This document shows positions 39,101 through 46,334 of a stretch of 60,892 bases of DNA, piece by piece. The stretch's first letter is position 1; the number at the start of each line of letters is the position of its first letter. Made by a program: the position numbers and the translations under genes. Under the pieces are notes generated by a model. That model did not search any database, was not told where the DNA came from, and saw only the letters and a list, made by a program, of their open reading frames with translations. The stretch spans positions 1 to 60,892 of the IMG/VR virus record IMGVR_UViG_3300005529_000040. The stretch is one strand, 5' to 3'. The DNA is from a virus. Lineage: Duplodnaviria; Caudoviricetes.

Positions 39101-39277
39101 AATGTATTTCGGCTCAACTAGCTCTCTGTGCAGCTGGCCGTCGTCGGTAGGAATGAAACTTTGGACTTTGCGAGCTGTGGCTGGATTTTGTGCGTTCTGT
39201 CCGGAGTAGCTGTCTTCGCCGGTTATCAGATTCCACTTGCCGTCTTGTGTACGGCCGGATGTCGGTTTGCGTGCCAT
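36188..39277 (-). CDS. Tail hub / packaged-DNA stabilisation protein (P22 gp10-like) with PA14-like insert
   Basis: Beta-propeller-like C-terminus (FVYDF...W, IDFGDP...FRYL); HDDG PA14-like motif; follows the adaptor gene. Confidence 0.65.
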   Translation of the reverse strand: MARKPTSGRTQDGKWNLITGEDSYSGQNAQNPATARKVQSFIPTDDGQLHRELVEPKYINQALSGPVVGLYQFVQAQPDGTDKYFWFAAARTNSIVGTKTCNFYQNVSGTWTLVAAVGTLADAPQCVTQQNSFYLADGASNWLFDGTSWVIVGFDIPMNIPAINVIPGSPTVFFGDNPTGDTDPVTAYLLSTFDTSHHGDFNLNFPTAAPGGGLHATNNSAMFNPPQLTGSPDPNVQPMKWATLNPDGSIASYTTPFAGATENYSMSVVFSIKISKPGTYTIAFQHDDGAFFGIDNGQATGATPVLQGGTTSQNIWQTRTAVMGYPIPNRGGGTNKSGNWNDTFTVNFPSADTYNIEINYRQWEHEQQLVFLVNGSTPIPGTGSNPGQINANLGKYYWFTNADETTGRATESSSSPDYSEITGSISGAKVNVYQQPGLFTSSTASKNVTGSASTDSPGPTSPDLQNQMVGKVLYINGTLIGTIAGVGGGQTFSLASVQNNVGGVTTKYLGTIPGGASNAFVGQVFVITGFVNGNNNGTFVCTASDSGSLTLTNTSGVAETHAGTATSPGNTLLLQTNAAASISNGRAVICDARATHWHVYASETDGSKVGQYLGSVPVTQDLSATPFGDSSPFIDDPTNSYLPIYRPVRNDQPPSSKLLSVHKTRQWRRRESQPFFFNFTANEEVTSGNNGDPTQCVPGANAHTISDMVNEVSYPDQSRHIRALTSHMDALYMFSETQCYPLYGESVDDFAIAQHVAFSLGGAGRFASKSTPYGLAFMSYDRRGMLYPSSVYATRITEIMDTTSQLAEIGKPMRKKFALGDPARLDEFVSEFYFFNIRAWWVVSFPQKDTTYVTFVYDFTTQRWFQLQRGFSSLAMFEVSPGEQVLIGGAPDGYVYVVDDQTGTFDTTGTYPQATFQTALIDFGDPEHAHVFRYLELEFDSAAFAKDVSITYWLDPIDVDNPGTGKPLYLKPAKGANRYRGFSEGGAVCQRLLIQIQARSSANPGVIRGIKLAADVAPGLLPSDQVGGV

Positions 39278-39332
39278 GTTTTAGCCTTCTCACCGCGGTT
39301 GCGTCTTGCTGCTTTGCTCGCGGGTAGCTTTC

Positions 39333-40049
39333 TTACCCCAAGAAATCTTGTACAAACTCCGGATCGGCCTGGTTGCGCGGGGCGGCGCTCGCGGCAACAG
39401 TCAATAGGTCATCACGCCATTCTTGCTTCCACGCTTCGAACTGCGCTTGGTCCTGCATGCCCAGCATGGCTTTTTTCACTGCGTAGTCAGCAATCTTTTT
39501 TGAGTATGGAAGTAGAATGTCATCAACCGGGTCGCCCGCTTCAAAGTCTGGCAACGAGCGCGTATACCAAATCGTCATTTCGAAGTTCGCTTCAGGGAAC
39601 TGCGCCAGTTCGAAGCGATTCGTGCCAAGAATCGTGTAGAAATATTCAACGCTGGGAGTCAGTGTCGGATCGACGCTGGCTGACCTTCGAGCAGATCTAA
39701 AATCATCGTCGGTGATACTTCGATAAATAAACACCGTCTGCTCATATCCTTTGGTCGTGACTTCAATGAACTTAATCTCACGAAGATCGTCCGGCAATAA
39801 ATACGAACGGCTGCTGGTCTGCAACGTTCCAATGGCTGCGCCGCTTAGATCTCGAGGAAAATAATTGGTGGCAGTACTGTCTGTATTTTGAGTGGATTGA
39901 GAAAAATACTCGTCCGCTTCTGTTTTTAACACAGCCCAGATTTCGTCTTTGGCCTCGTTGAGGTAACTCATCAACGTAGCGTCGCGGACGCCATTCGAGA
40001 GTCCAGCTAGACGATCGTTGGCTAAATCGATAAGATCCTGACCGACCAT
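39333..40049 (-). CDS. Head-tail adaptor protein
   Basis: L..YLNEA..EIW, Y.LP.D, I.DYA..KA; position. Confidence 0.65.
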   Translation of the reverse strand: MVGQDLIDLANDRLAGLSNGVRDATLMSYLNEAKDEIWAVLKTEADEYFSQSTQNTDSTATNYFPRDLSGAAIGTLQTSSRSYLLPDDLREIKFIEVTTKGYEQTVFIYRSITDDDFRSARRSASVDPTLTPSVEYFYTILGTNRFELAQFPEANFEMTIWYTRSLPDFEAGDPVDDILLPYSKKIADYAVKKAMLGMQDQAQFEAWKQEWRDDLLTVAASAAPRNQADPEFVQDFLG

Positions 40050-40070
40050 AACAAAATTATAGGCAATTTC

Positions 40071-40661
40071 TCAGAAGTCGGTCAGCTTGATCAAAGGTTC
40101 TGAGTCCGGAGTAGTCTTTTTTCCGTGAAGCATTTGTCGCAGGTCGCGATTTCCATGAAGCAGGTCGGTTTCGCGGCGTCTCCACAAAAAGTGAACTTGA
40201 TCCGCGATTTCCTGATTCATGGCATGACGCTTGTTGCCCAGGATACGCTCTGCTTCGGCTTCAGCGTTCTCTTCTTTTCGCTCAAGCTCGTCAGCAAACC
40301 GCGCGTAGCCGCCATATCGACTGATATCGCGTCGACAGAGTTCGTTGTAAATTTCGGGCGACAGAAATTTCGTGAAGACGATCACGCGCCGGCCCTTACG
40401 AGCACTGGCGAGCTCCTCACTGATCTGTTTCCAGAGATCCAACACCTTCTGCTTCTGTGCAGCTGACATCTCTTTTGGCGATTTCTGCACAAGAGCTTTG
40501 ATGCGTGCCTTACGCCTACGCAGGAACTGTATTTCGCTGTCAGGAATGAACGCTTTGCGATCAATTACCCACTGTCCGATGGCCTCGCCCCAACGAACAT
40601 CGAGCAGGCTATCCATCAACTGAAGCGAGCGCACAAATCCCTGCGGAGGCGTTTTAGGCAT
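40071..40661 (-). CDS. Hypothetical protein
   Basis: Long ORF in the late arm. Confidence 0.65.
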   Translation of the reverse strand: MPKTPPQGFVRSLQLMDSLLDVRWGEAIGQWVIDRKAFIPDSEIQFLRRRKARIKALVQKSPKEMSAAQKQKVLDLWKQISEELASARKGRRVIVFTKFLSPEIYNELCRRDISRYGGYARFADELERKEENAEAEAERILGNKRHAMNQEIADQVHFLWRRRETDLLHGNRDLRQMLHGKKTTPDSEPLIKLTDF

Positions 40662-40663
40662 GC

Positions 40664-41230
40664 TTATACTCCGTCTGGCGAATCGGTCCCGGCTTCACCG
40701 TCGACGTCTGAACCGTCGGAAGCATCGAGACTATCTTGTTCGTTCTCGTCAAGATCATCGTTTTCATCGTGAAGCTCTGGGTGATCATTCTTGTGCTTCG
40801 CGATGTGACGAGCCAGCCGGCCGAGAGTTTTCTGATCAGTAAAGCAGATGGGACAAGTTGTCGGTCCGACAACAGGCCTCGCATCTCCTTCACTCAATTC
40901 ACGAACGCCGATTTTGATTAGATACGGCGCAATCGGGCCAGTCAGTTTGTCATTGCCGACAATGACGGCCGACCCGCGAATCAGGGCGTTTGCCACGGTT
41001 GGGCCCACAGTGCGAGTGAAGGACTTGCCTTCCTTCTTCTGCCGGAACTTGAATTCTTGTCCGTCGAACATAACAGAGACATACGGACCCTGGTTGTCGT
41101 TTTTCCACACACGATTGCTTTTGAGGGCTTTGAGAATCTCTTTGCCTTCAATTTCTCCATCTGGGGTGGCGACGCGATCGTTGGGTTCAACTAAGCGGAG
41201 AGTTACTTGGGTGGTTTCTATTTGAGCCAT
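40664..41230 (-). CDS. Hypothetical protein with C2H2 zinc finger and acidic tail
   Basis: CPIC...LARHIAKH. Confidence 0.65.
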   Translation of the reverse strand: MAQIETTQVTLRLVEPNDRVATPDGEIEGKEILKALKSNRVWKNDNQGPYVSVMFDGQEFKFRQKKEGKSFTRTVGPTVANALIRGSAVIVGNDKLTGPIAPYLIKIGVRELSEGDARPVVGPTTCPICFTDQKTLGRLARHIAKHKNDHPELHDENDDLDENEQDSLDASDGSDVDGEAGTDSPDGV

Positions 41231-41353
41231 ACGCTTTTCCTTAATACGACAGGCGCTGCCGTGAGGCTACGCTGCGTGGGCTGTGAGCAATGACCTGGCT
41301 GCACAGGAAGAGGCTCATGTATTCGTCGAAATTGGCAGCAAGAAAATCGTACC

Positions 41354-41387
41354 AAAAACAAAAGGCGCCCGTTTTAGCGAGCGCCTT
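41354..41387 (-). terminator. Rho-independent terminator after the capsid gene
   Basis: AAGGCGCTCG-loop-CGGGCGCCTT followed by TGTTTTT on the minus strand. Confidence 0.75.
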
Positions 41388-41407
41388 CAGTTGGATAGAG
41401 CTACGGC

Positions 41408-42706
41408 TTAGTCAGCGTAAACGCCGCTCGAAACCGTCGCAGTGATACCGTCGAATCGGACGTGAGCATCGCCTTTGTCCGAGAAGAAATTCTCGTACAC
41501 GCGATACCGGGCTTCGTAGTTGTCCTTGTTCTGCACACGGAACAACACGGTGCCGTCGTCGTCCGCCCATTCTCCCTCGACTTCGGGGACCCAGAACAGG
41601 TGCGACTTGTTCACGCCGAACAGGGTGCCGTAAGGCAGATCCTTGTCCACTTTCACCGGGGTTCCGTTGAAGGTGTACTCGGCTTTGAACGCGCCGGCCT
41701 GAGTTCCGCCGTCGAAGTTCTTGGGTTCGCCACTGCCCATATACCGACGATCGCTCTCGGTCAGCTTGATGATCTCTCGCCGAACCGATACGTGCGCCAG
41801 ATACTGGTCAATGACTTCGCCAGATCGTTCCTCGGTGTCGTCCGTGCCGCGCTGCAACACATCCGGCAGAACTGGTCCGACGTTCGACACGATGTTCGAA
41901 CGGAAGAACGAGTTCGCTGCCTGGCTACGATCAAGCCCGAAGATGCTCGATACGAAGGTCGTCGAATCGACGATTCCAAGCAGACCCATCGGCTCCAGGT
42001 TGAACGAAGATTCGTTCGATCCCAGAGAGTTGGTGCCCAGGGTGACGATGTCGCCAGCCACCAGGTTTGAGCTGGTGTTCGTGTCCAACTGAATGTTGGG
42101 CTCAGCGACGGCCGTCACGGTTCCGACGACGCGGAAGGTGACTCCCGTTACGTCGGTGATTGCAACTACAGCGCCGACCTTCACGAAACGGGTCACGTTC
42201 GTGGTGCCAGTCACGCCGCCAGGGTTAGCAAGCTGAATGTTGCTTCCCGCAGTGACCGACCCGGTCGTTACGACAGTGGCAAGAATGCCGGACCCGAAGC
42301 CAGCCAGCATACGGTTCCGCTGGCGAGCCAAATCGTCGACGAGCCCCTTTTGTTCGGAGTCCATCGCGCGGGCAAAGCTACCCTTGTCACTACGGGACGC
42401 CTTCATGACCTGCGCGGTCAATTCAATACGTCCCTGGATGAACCTCATTGGAATCTTGAGGTTCGCATAGCCCTGCTTGCCAGCAATAGGCAAGCCGCCG
42501 CCTTCCGCCGTCGCTTTGACGCCGGAGTTACGGCTCTTACGCAGAGCCAGGACGACCTGACGGCCTTCCCACTCATACTGCTCGATGTCACCCTTGGTGA
42601 AGAGATCAAGCAGGCGTGTCTTCTCGTTCAATTGATTTCGGATCGGTCCAGCGTAGACGTCTTTCAACGCCGCATCAAAACCCGAAACGGTAGTATCCTG
42701 AGCCAC
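41408..42706 (-). CDS. Major capsid protein
   Basis: 432 aa; ALKDVY...QLNE..., EGGGLP, HK97-like pattern; lies between scaffold gene and terminator. Confidence 0.88.
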   Translation of the reverse strand: MAQDTTVSGFDAALKDVYAGPIRNQLNEKTRLLDLFTKGDIEQYEWEGRQVVLALRKSRNSGVKATAEGGGLPIAGKQGYANLKIPMRFIQGRIELTAQVMKASRSDKGSFARAMDSEQKGLVDDLARQRNRMLAGFGSGILATVVTTGSVTAGSNIQLANPGGVTGTTNVTRFVKVGAVVAITDVTGVTFRVVGTVTAVAEPNIQLDTNTSSNLVAGDIVTLGTNSLGSNESSFNLEPMGLLGIVDSTTFVSSIFGLDRSQAANSFFRSNIVSNVGPVLPDVLQRGTDDTEERSGEVIDQYLAHVSVRREIIKLTESDRRYMGSGEPKNFDGGTQAGAFKAEYTFNGTPVKVDKDLPYGTLFGVNKSHLFWVPEVEGEWADDDGTVLFRVQNKDNYEARYRVYENFFSDKGDAHVRFDGITATVSSGVYAD

Positions 42707-42784
42707 AAAAATTCTCCCTTGTTTCGTGTTTCGACCCGACAGTTACCCATCGATGTCGTTTACTGCTCCGACCCGTCCGGCAAG

Positions 42785-43774
42785 TTAAGCAGCAGAGGTG
42801 CCAGCGAAGTGCTTACTTGCCACTTCCCAGGCTTCGTCGTGTTTAGAGCCGATATAGTCTTTCCGGCCCCCAGCGTCCTTACGGACGTTGTCACGCTGCT
42901 GATCTTTTCCTTTTCCGGCCGCGCCGGTGTTGGGCAAGTTTTTATTGCGCTGCAACTGCTTGCCCTTGTTCAGCGCCGTGTTGCTCGGTTGCTGAGAAGT
43001 TGCCTGGCCCGTCCAGCCGAGATTTTTCTTCACGGCTTCGTAGCCTTCTTTCAGCACCGCCTGGGTAACGGTTCCACCCGCCCAGAATTTCTGGACGCGT
43101 TCGTCGTTACTGTTGATCCACGCTGTAATCAGCGTTTCAACAATGCCAGCCTTGGTGCCTTCAGCGTCATCGCTGATTTTGTCGGCAGCAAGGAACTGCA
43201 CCACGCTGTTCTTACCGTCTGCGATTACGGACTGACGGCGCATCTCTTGTGCAGCTTCAGCGCCCTGAGTCGTCGAATTTTTGAATTCTTCGAACTCTTT
43301 CTTGAGCGCTTGCAGGTCCTCCTTCGGAACAAATCCGAGTCTTGGAGCATGCTTTTGAAGCCACTTTAGAGCCGCTTTGTCCTCTTTCGACAGCTCGGCA
43401 TCGTCGTCCGATGAGGTGGCGCCTTTTCCCTGATCGCCATTCTGCACAGACGACTTGTTTGCCTTTTCAAACTCAGACAGTTTCTGACGAGAAGAAATCA
43501 ACTCTTCGAAAAGCTGAGATGCGATCTTGGGATCCTTCACGCCATAGCGTTCCAGTTCCTTTTCCCAAGCAGATAACTGCGCGATTCGAGTGCCAGCTTC
43601 GTTGTACGCGCGAATGGCCTCTTCACGCGTCTTGTACTGCTGACGATCGTTTACGACCAAGAAAGGCTGATCGCCCTGGTCGTCGCTTTTGCCGCCGGAG
43701 TTCCCAGCGTCGTCATTGGTTTCTTCGACATCGACCTCACCTTGAGTACCAAGGCTTTCGTCGTCGTACGGCAT
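42785..43774 (-). CDS. Capsid scaffolding protein
   Basis: Acidic N-terminus, coiled coils; directly upstream of the capsid gene. Confidence 0.75.
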   Translation of the reverse strand: MPYDDESLGTQGEVDVEETNDDAGNSGGKSDDQGDQPFLVVNDRQQYKTREEAIRAYNEAGTRIAQLSAWEKELERYGVKDPKIASQLFEELISSRQKLSEFEKANKSSVQNGDQGKGATSSDDDAELSKEDKAALKWLQKHAPRLGFVPKEDLQALKKEFEEFKNSTTQGAEAAQEMRRQSVIADGKNSVVQFLAADKISDDAEGTKAGIVETLITAWINSNDERVQKFWAGGTVTQAVLKEGYEAVKKNLGWTGQATSQQPSNTALNKGKQLQRNKNLPNTGAAGKGKDQQRDNVRKDAGGRKDYIGSKHDEAWEVASKHFAGTSAA

Positions 43775-43853
43775 TTGTTACTTCGCTTTCTGTAGGGAGT
43801 AGCCCTACGCTGGATTTGCCGGCTTAAACATTGTCGGCAGAGTTCCAAAACTC

Positions 43854-44261
43854 TTAGTACGTGTGCTTCGCAGCTTTCGTCGACGTCTTTGCGTTCGAAA
43901 CGACGGTGGCGTGCGCCGCACTGTTAAGCGTCGAACCGGCTGTCGCGAGTTGCGCGATGCCTTTTACAAAATGTTCGACGCAGTCAAAAAAGTCATTGCC
44001 GCCGAATGTGCTCGCAGCATTGATTGCCGCCACGTAGTTCGTATTCGCAGGAAACAGGCTCTTTGCCTGTCGAACCGCATTCTTGGCCGCGGTAATTGCG
44101 TTGTTGATCACCGCAGAACTAGCAGTCACGCTCGTGGTGGCTTGGTCCGCTAGGTATTGGAGGAACTGTTTTGTGAATTCCTGGGCATCGGGCCCGCTGA
44201 ACGATGCGCGGGCTTTCAAGAACGCCTGGTAATTCGCGTCGGTATCTGGAACAAAAGCCAT
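43854..44261 (-). CDS. Hypothetical virion protein
   Basis: GGGG RBS; two internal repeats. Confidence 0.6.
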   Translation of the reverse strand: MAFVPDTDANYQAFLKARASFSGPDAQEFTKQFLQYLADQATTSVTASSAVINNAITAAKNAVRQAKSLFPANTNYVAAINAASTFGGNDFFDCVEHFVKGIAQLATAGSTLNSAAHATVVSNAKTSTKAAKHTY

Positions 44262-44270
44262 ATGTCCCCC

Positions 44271-44747
44271 TTAGTCCTGCTCGCTGATCTGCCCAAGCAA
44301 CGTTGCTTCAGGCGCCCACGTGTAGCCGCGCGCAAACACGACATAGACAACGAGGTCGGTCGGCTGCACAGGAGACGTGCCGTTCAGGATCTGGGTGATA
44401 TCCAAGCGAAGGAAATCGCCCTTGTTGACCGGAACCGGGTTCGAGCTCAGCGCACCGTAGTTGTCGGCCAGAATCGGCGTGTTGGCCGTTCCCAACTGCT
44501 TCGCGTGTGAGAAGTTGATCTTGGTCGCGCCAGAGAAGATTGACGTGCCGTTCTTCTTCAAGTCCGCAATGACGTCCTGCGTCGGAGCGCCGGATCCATC
44601 GGTGCCCATTACGCCGAACGCTGCAAAGACGGCCTTGATGAACCCGTTCGCAGGAGCGACGATGTTATCGATGTCGTTTGCGACCGCGGCCGCGCCAGCC
44701 TTGCGAAGCTCGAAAATCAGTTCCTGTTCATTCTTGATCTTAATCAT
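44271..44747 (-). CDS. Putative capsid decoration (jelly-roll-like) protein
   Basis: AP..G.I..V, D.KKNGTSIF, GD.LRLDI. Confidence 0.55.
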   Translation of the reverse strand: MIKIKNEQELIFELRKAGAAAVANDIDNIVAPANGFIKAVFAAFGVMGTDGSGAPTQDVIADLKKNGTSIFSGATKINFSHAKQLGTANTPILADNYGALSSNPVPVNKGDFLRLDITQILNGTSPVQPTDLVVYVVFARGYTWAPEATLLGQISEQD

Positions 44748-44872
44748 GTGGTTTCCCTTATAGTTTGCCCCGGCTTTTACTTCCGCCGGATACTCACGAG
44801 ATAATGCTACCAATTTCCGCGAAACTCCGTTTGCGAGTCCAAAACGCCGATGTTTTGCCAAAATGACACACC

Positions 44873-45214
44873 TTAGGGCTGGAACCATCCAGTGAGAACT
44901 GTGATGTTGTGAATCGTGACCTCAAGCATCCCGTAAGTGGTCCAAAGAGGAACAAGCGCCGCAAGGCAGACCGAGCCTTTCTTCGAGATCGGCGAGAAAA
45001 TCAAATAGAGGCCCAAACTGCACAGGACATACAAGCAAATGTATAAAAGTTTGAGGGTGATCAGGCGCCCGGTCAGAAGGTGATAAAACAGATCGCGCGC
45101 AAATGGGTTGGCTTCGAGCATTCCCCGCGACATGCCCACGACGGATGTAATGAGATCCAAAAGATTCGCGATTAGGAGAAACGCGTATGCCAGAAAAATC
45201 GGGCGCTTTGTCAT
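44873..45214 (-). CDS. DUF5658-like membrane protein
   Basis: N.LD..T..G...G..EANP motif, several TM helices. Confidence 0.7.
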   Translation of the reverse strand: MTKRPIFLAYAFLLIANLLDLITSVVGMSRGMLEANPFARDLFYHLLTGRLITLKLLYICLYVLCSLGLYLIFSPISKKGSVCLAALVPLWTTYGMLEVTIHNITVLTGWFQP

Positions 45215-45240
45215 GAATGTGATTTTAACGGAAGGGAAAA

Positions 45241-45597
45241 CTAGCGTTTTACGCTGGACAGACCTGATCTCATTCCGAGAGTGCTCGCTAACGTCGGAGC
45301 ATCGTTGTTCTGTGCAGCTAGCCTTTGCGCTACATCTAGCCCTGGGGCAGGCGCTACTGGAAGTTCGTGAGATTGGTTTTCGTCATACTGACGAAGCACA
45401 TTTTGTGCAGGTCCGCCTGCGGCGTTGTCCAATTCATACGCACCTTGCGAAAGCGCAAATGGATCCCAATTAACCGATCGAGCGCTATTCAGGAAGTCGC
45501 CCGCTGGACCAACTACACGATTCAGCTTCGCGGCGAGAGGAGAGGACAAAACCTTGTCGTACGCATTGCGCGCAACGTTCTGTAAACCGCCAGCCAT
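45241..45597 (-). CDS. Small protein ending GLSSVKR
   Basis: Tightly packed ORF. Confidence 0.6.
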   Translation of the reverse strand: MAGGLQNVARNAYDKVLSSPLAAKLNRVVGPAGDFLNSARSVNWDPFALSQGAYELDNAAGGPAQNVLRQYDENQSHELPVAPAPGLDVAQRLAAQNNDAPTLASTLGMRSGLSSVKR

Positions 45598-45601
45598 ATG
45601 C

Positions 45602-45793
45602 TTAGTGACGCACGGCGTCGAAGCCGTGTTGAGGCTTTTCGCCCTTCATCGAATGTCCTTCGGCCGCGGCTTTGTTGAACTTTTTGGTGCCGTATTTCTT
45701 TCGGCCGATGGACGCGGCAAGCGCCCCAGGATTGGTGACACCTGGCTTGTGTGCCAGTTCACTTTTTAACGCAGAGAACCCAACGTACGCCAT
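45602..45793 (-). CDS. Small basic protein ending GFDAVRH
   Basis: GF..LK..L....V.NP.ALAA.IGRKKYG. Confidence 0.65.
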   Translation of the reverse strand: MAYVGFSALKSELAHKPGVTNPGALAASIGRKKYGTKKFNKAAAEGHSMKGEKPQHGFDAVRH

Positions 45794-45794
45794 G

Positions 45795-46025
45795 TTAGTT
45801 TCCGCTGCGGTCCTTGTTCCCTGCGTAGAGCGGTTTCGCAACGCTCGCGGAAGGACTCTTCGGTCCCAGACCGTTCTTGTTGGAGCTCGTGCGAGTGTGA
45901 TCCGCACTTACCGGCCGGCCATAAGCCCACGGCGAGCTGCCAGGATTGCCCTTTTTGTTCTGATGAGATCCCTGGCGAAAATTTTTCTTGCCGGGATACT
46001 GCATCTCATTCTTCGGTTCAGCCAT
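45795..46025 (-). CDS. Small basic disordered protein
   Basis: Tightly packed ORF. Confidence 0.55.
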   Translation of the reverse strand: MAEPKNEMQYPGKKNFRQGSHQNKKGNPGSSPWAYGRPVSADHTRTSSNKNGLGPKSPSASVAKPLYAGNKDRSGN

Positions 46026-46031
46026 GACTCT

Positions 46032-46334
46032 TTACTCCTTGTTCTTACGCAACGTTTTCAAATACTGCTCGACAGATTTAAGTCTATCGGATTTGTCGTT
46101 CGACTGTTTTAATGCGCCGTCCGTCGGCTCGTACCAATCGGAACAATAGCGATCGATCGGAAGAGGAATCTTGTCGGAACCCGCAGGCTTGTTCAAGCCT
46201 GCCCAAGCGATAAAATTCTTGTTGCCACAGAGTCCTTTCTTGGCGTCTTTCAGATACTCGCAGTTCGCGCACATGGATCCGCCGCGAGGGACTTCCATCG
46301 CAGCTTTGTGGTCTGGAGGGAGATTAGGCTGCAA
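46032..46334 (-). CDS. HiPIP-like four-cysteine protein
   Basis: CANCEY...GLC...YCSDWY. Confidence 0.55.
   Translation of the reverse strand: MQPNLPPDHKAAMEVPRGGSMCANCEYLKDAKKGLCGNKNFIAWAGLNKPAGSDKIPLPIDRYCSDWYEPTDGALKQSNDKSDRLKSVEQYLKTLRKNKE

Noticed and set aside
42350-43369. 339-aa plus-strand ORF (also 46759-47715 +, 48001-48657 +, 49664-50311 +, 13927-14685 -)
   Set aside because: Antisense shadows of well-supported genes with no recognisable motifs.
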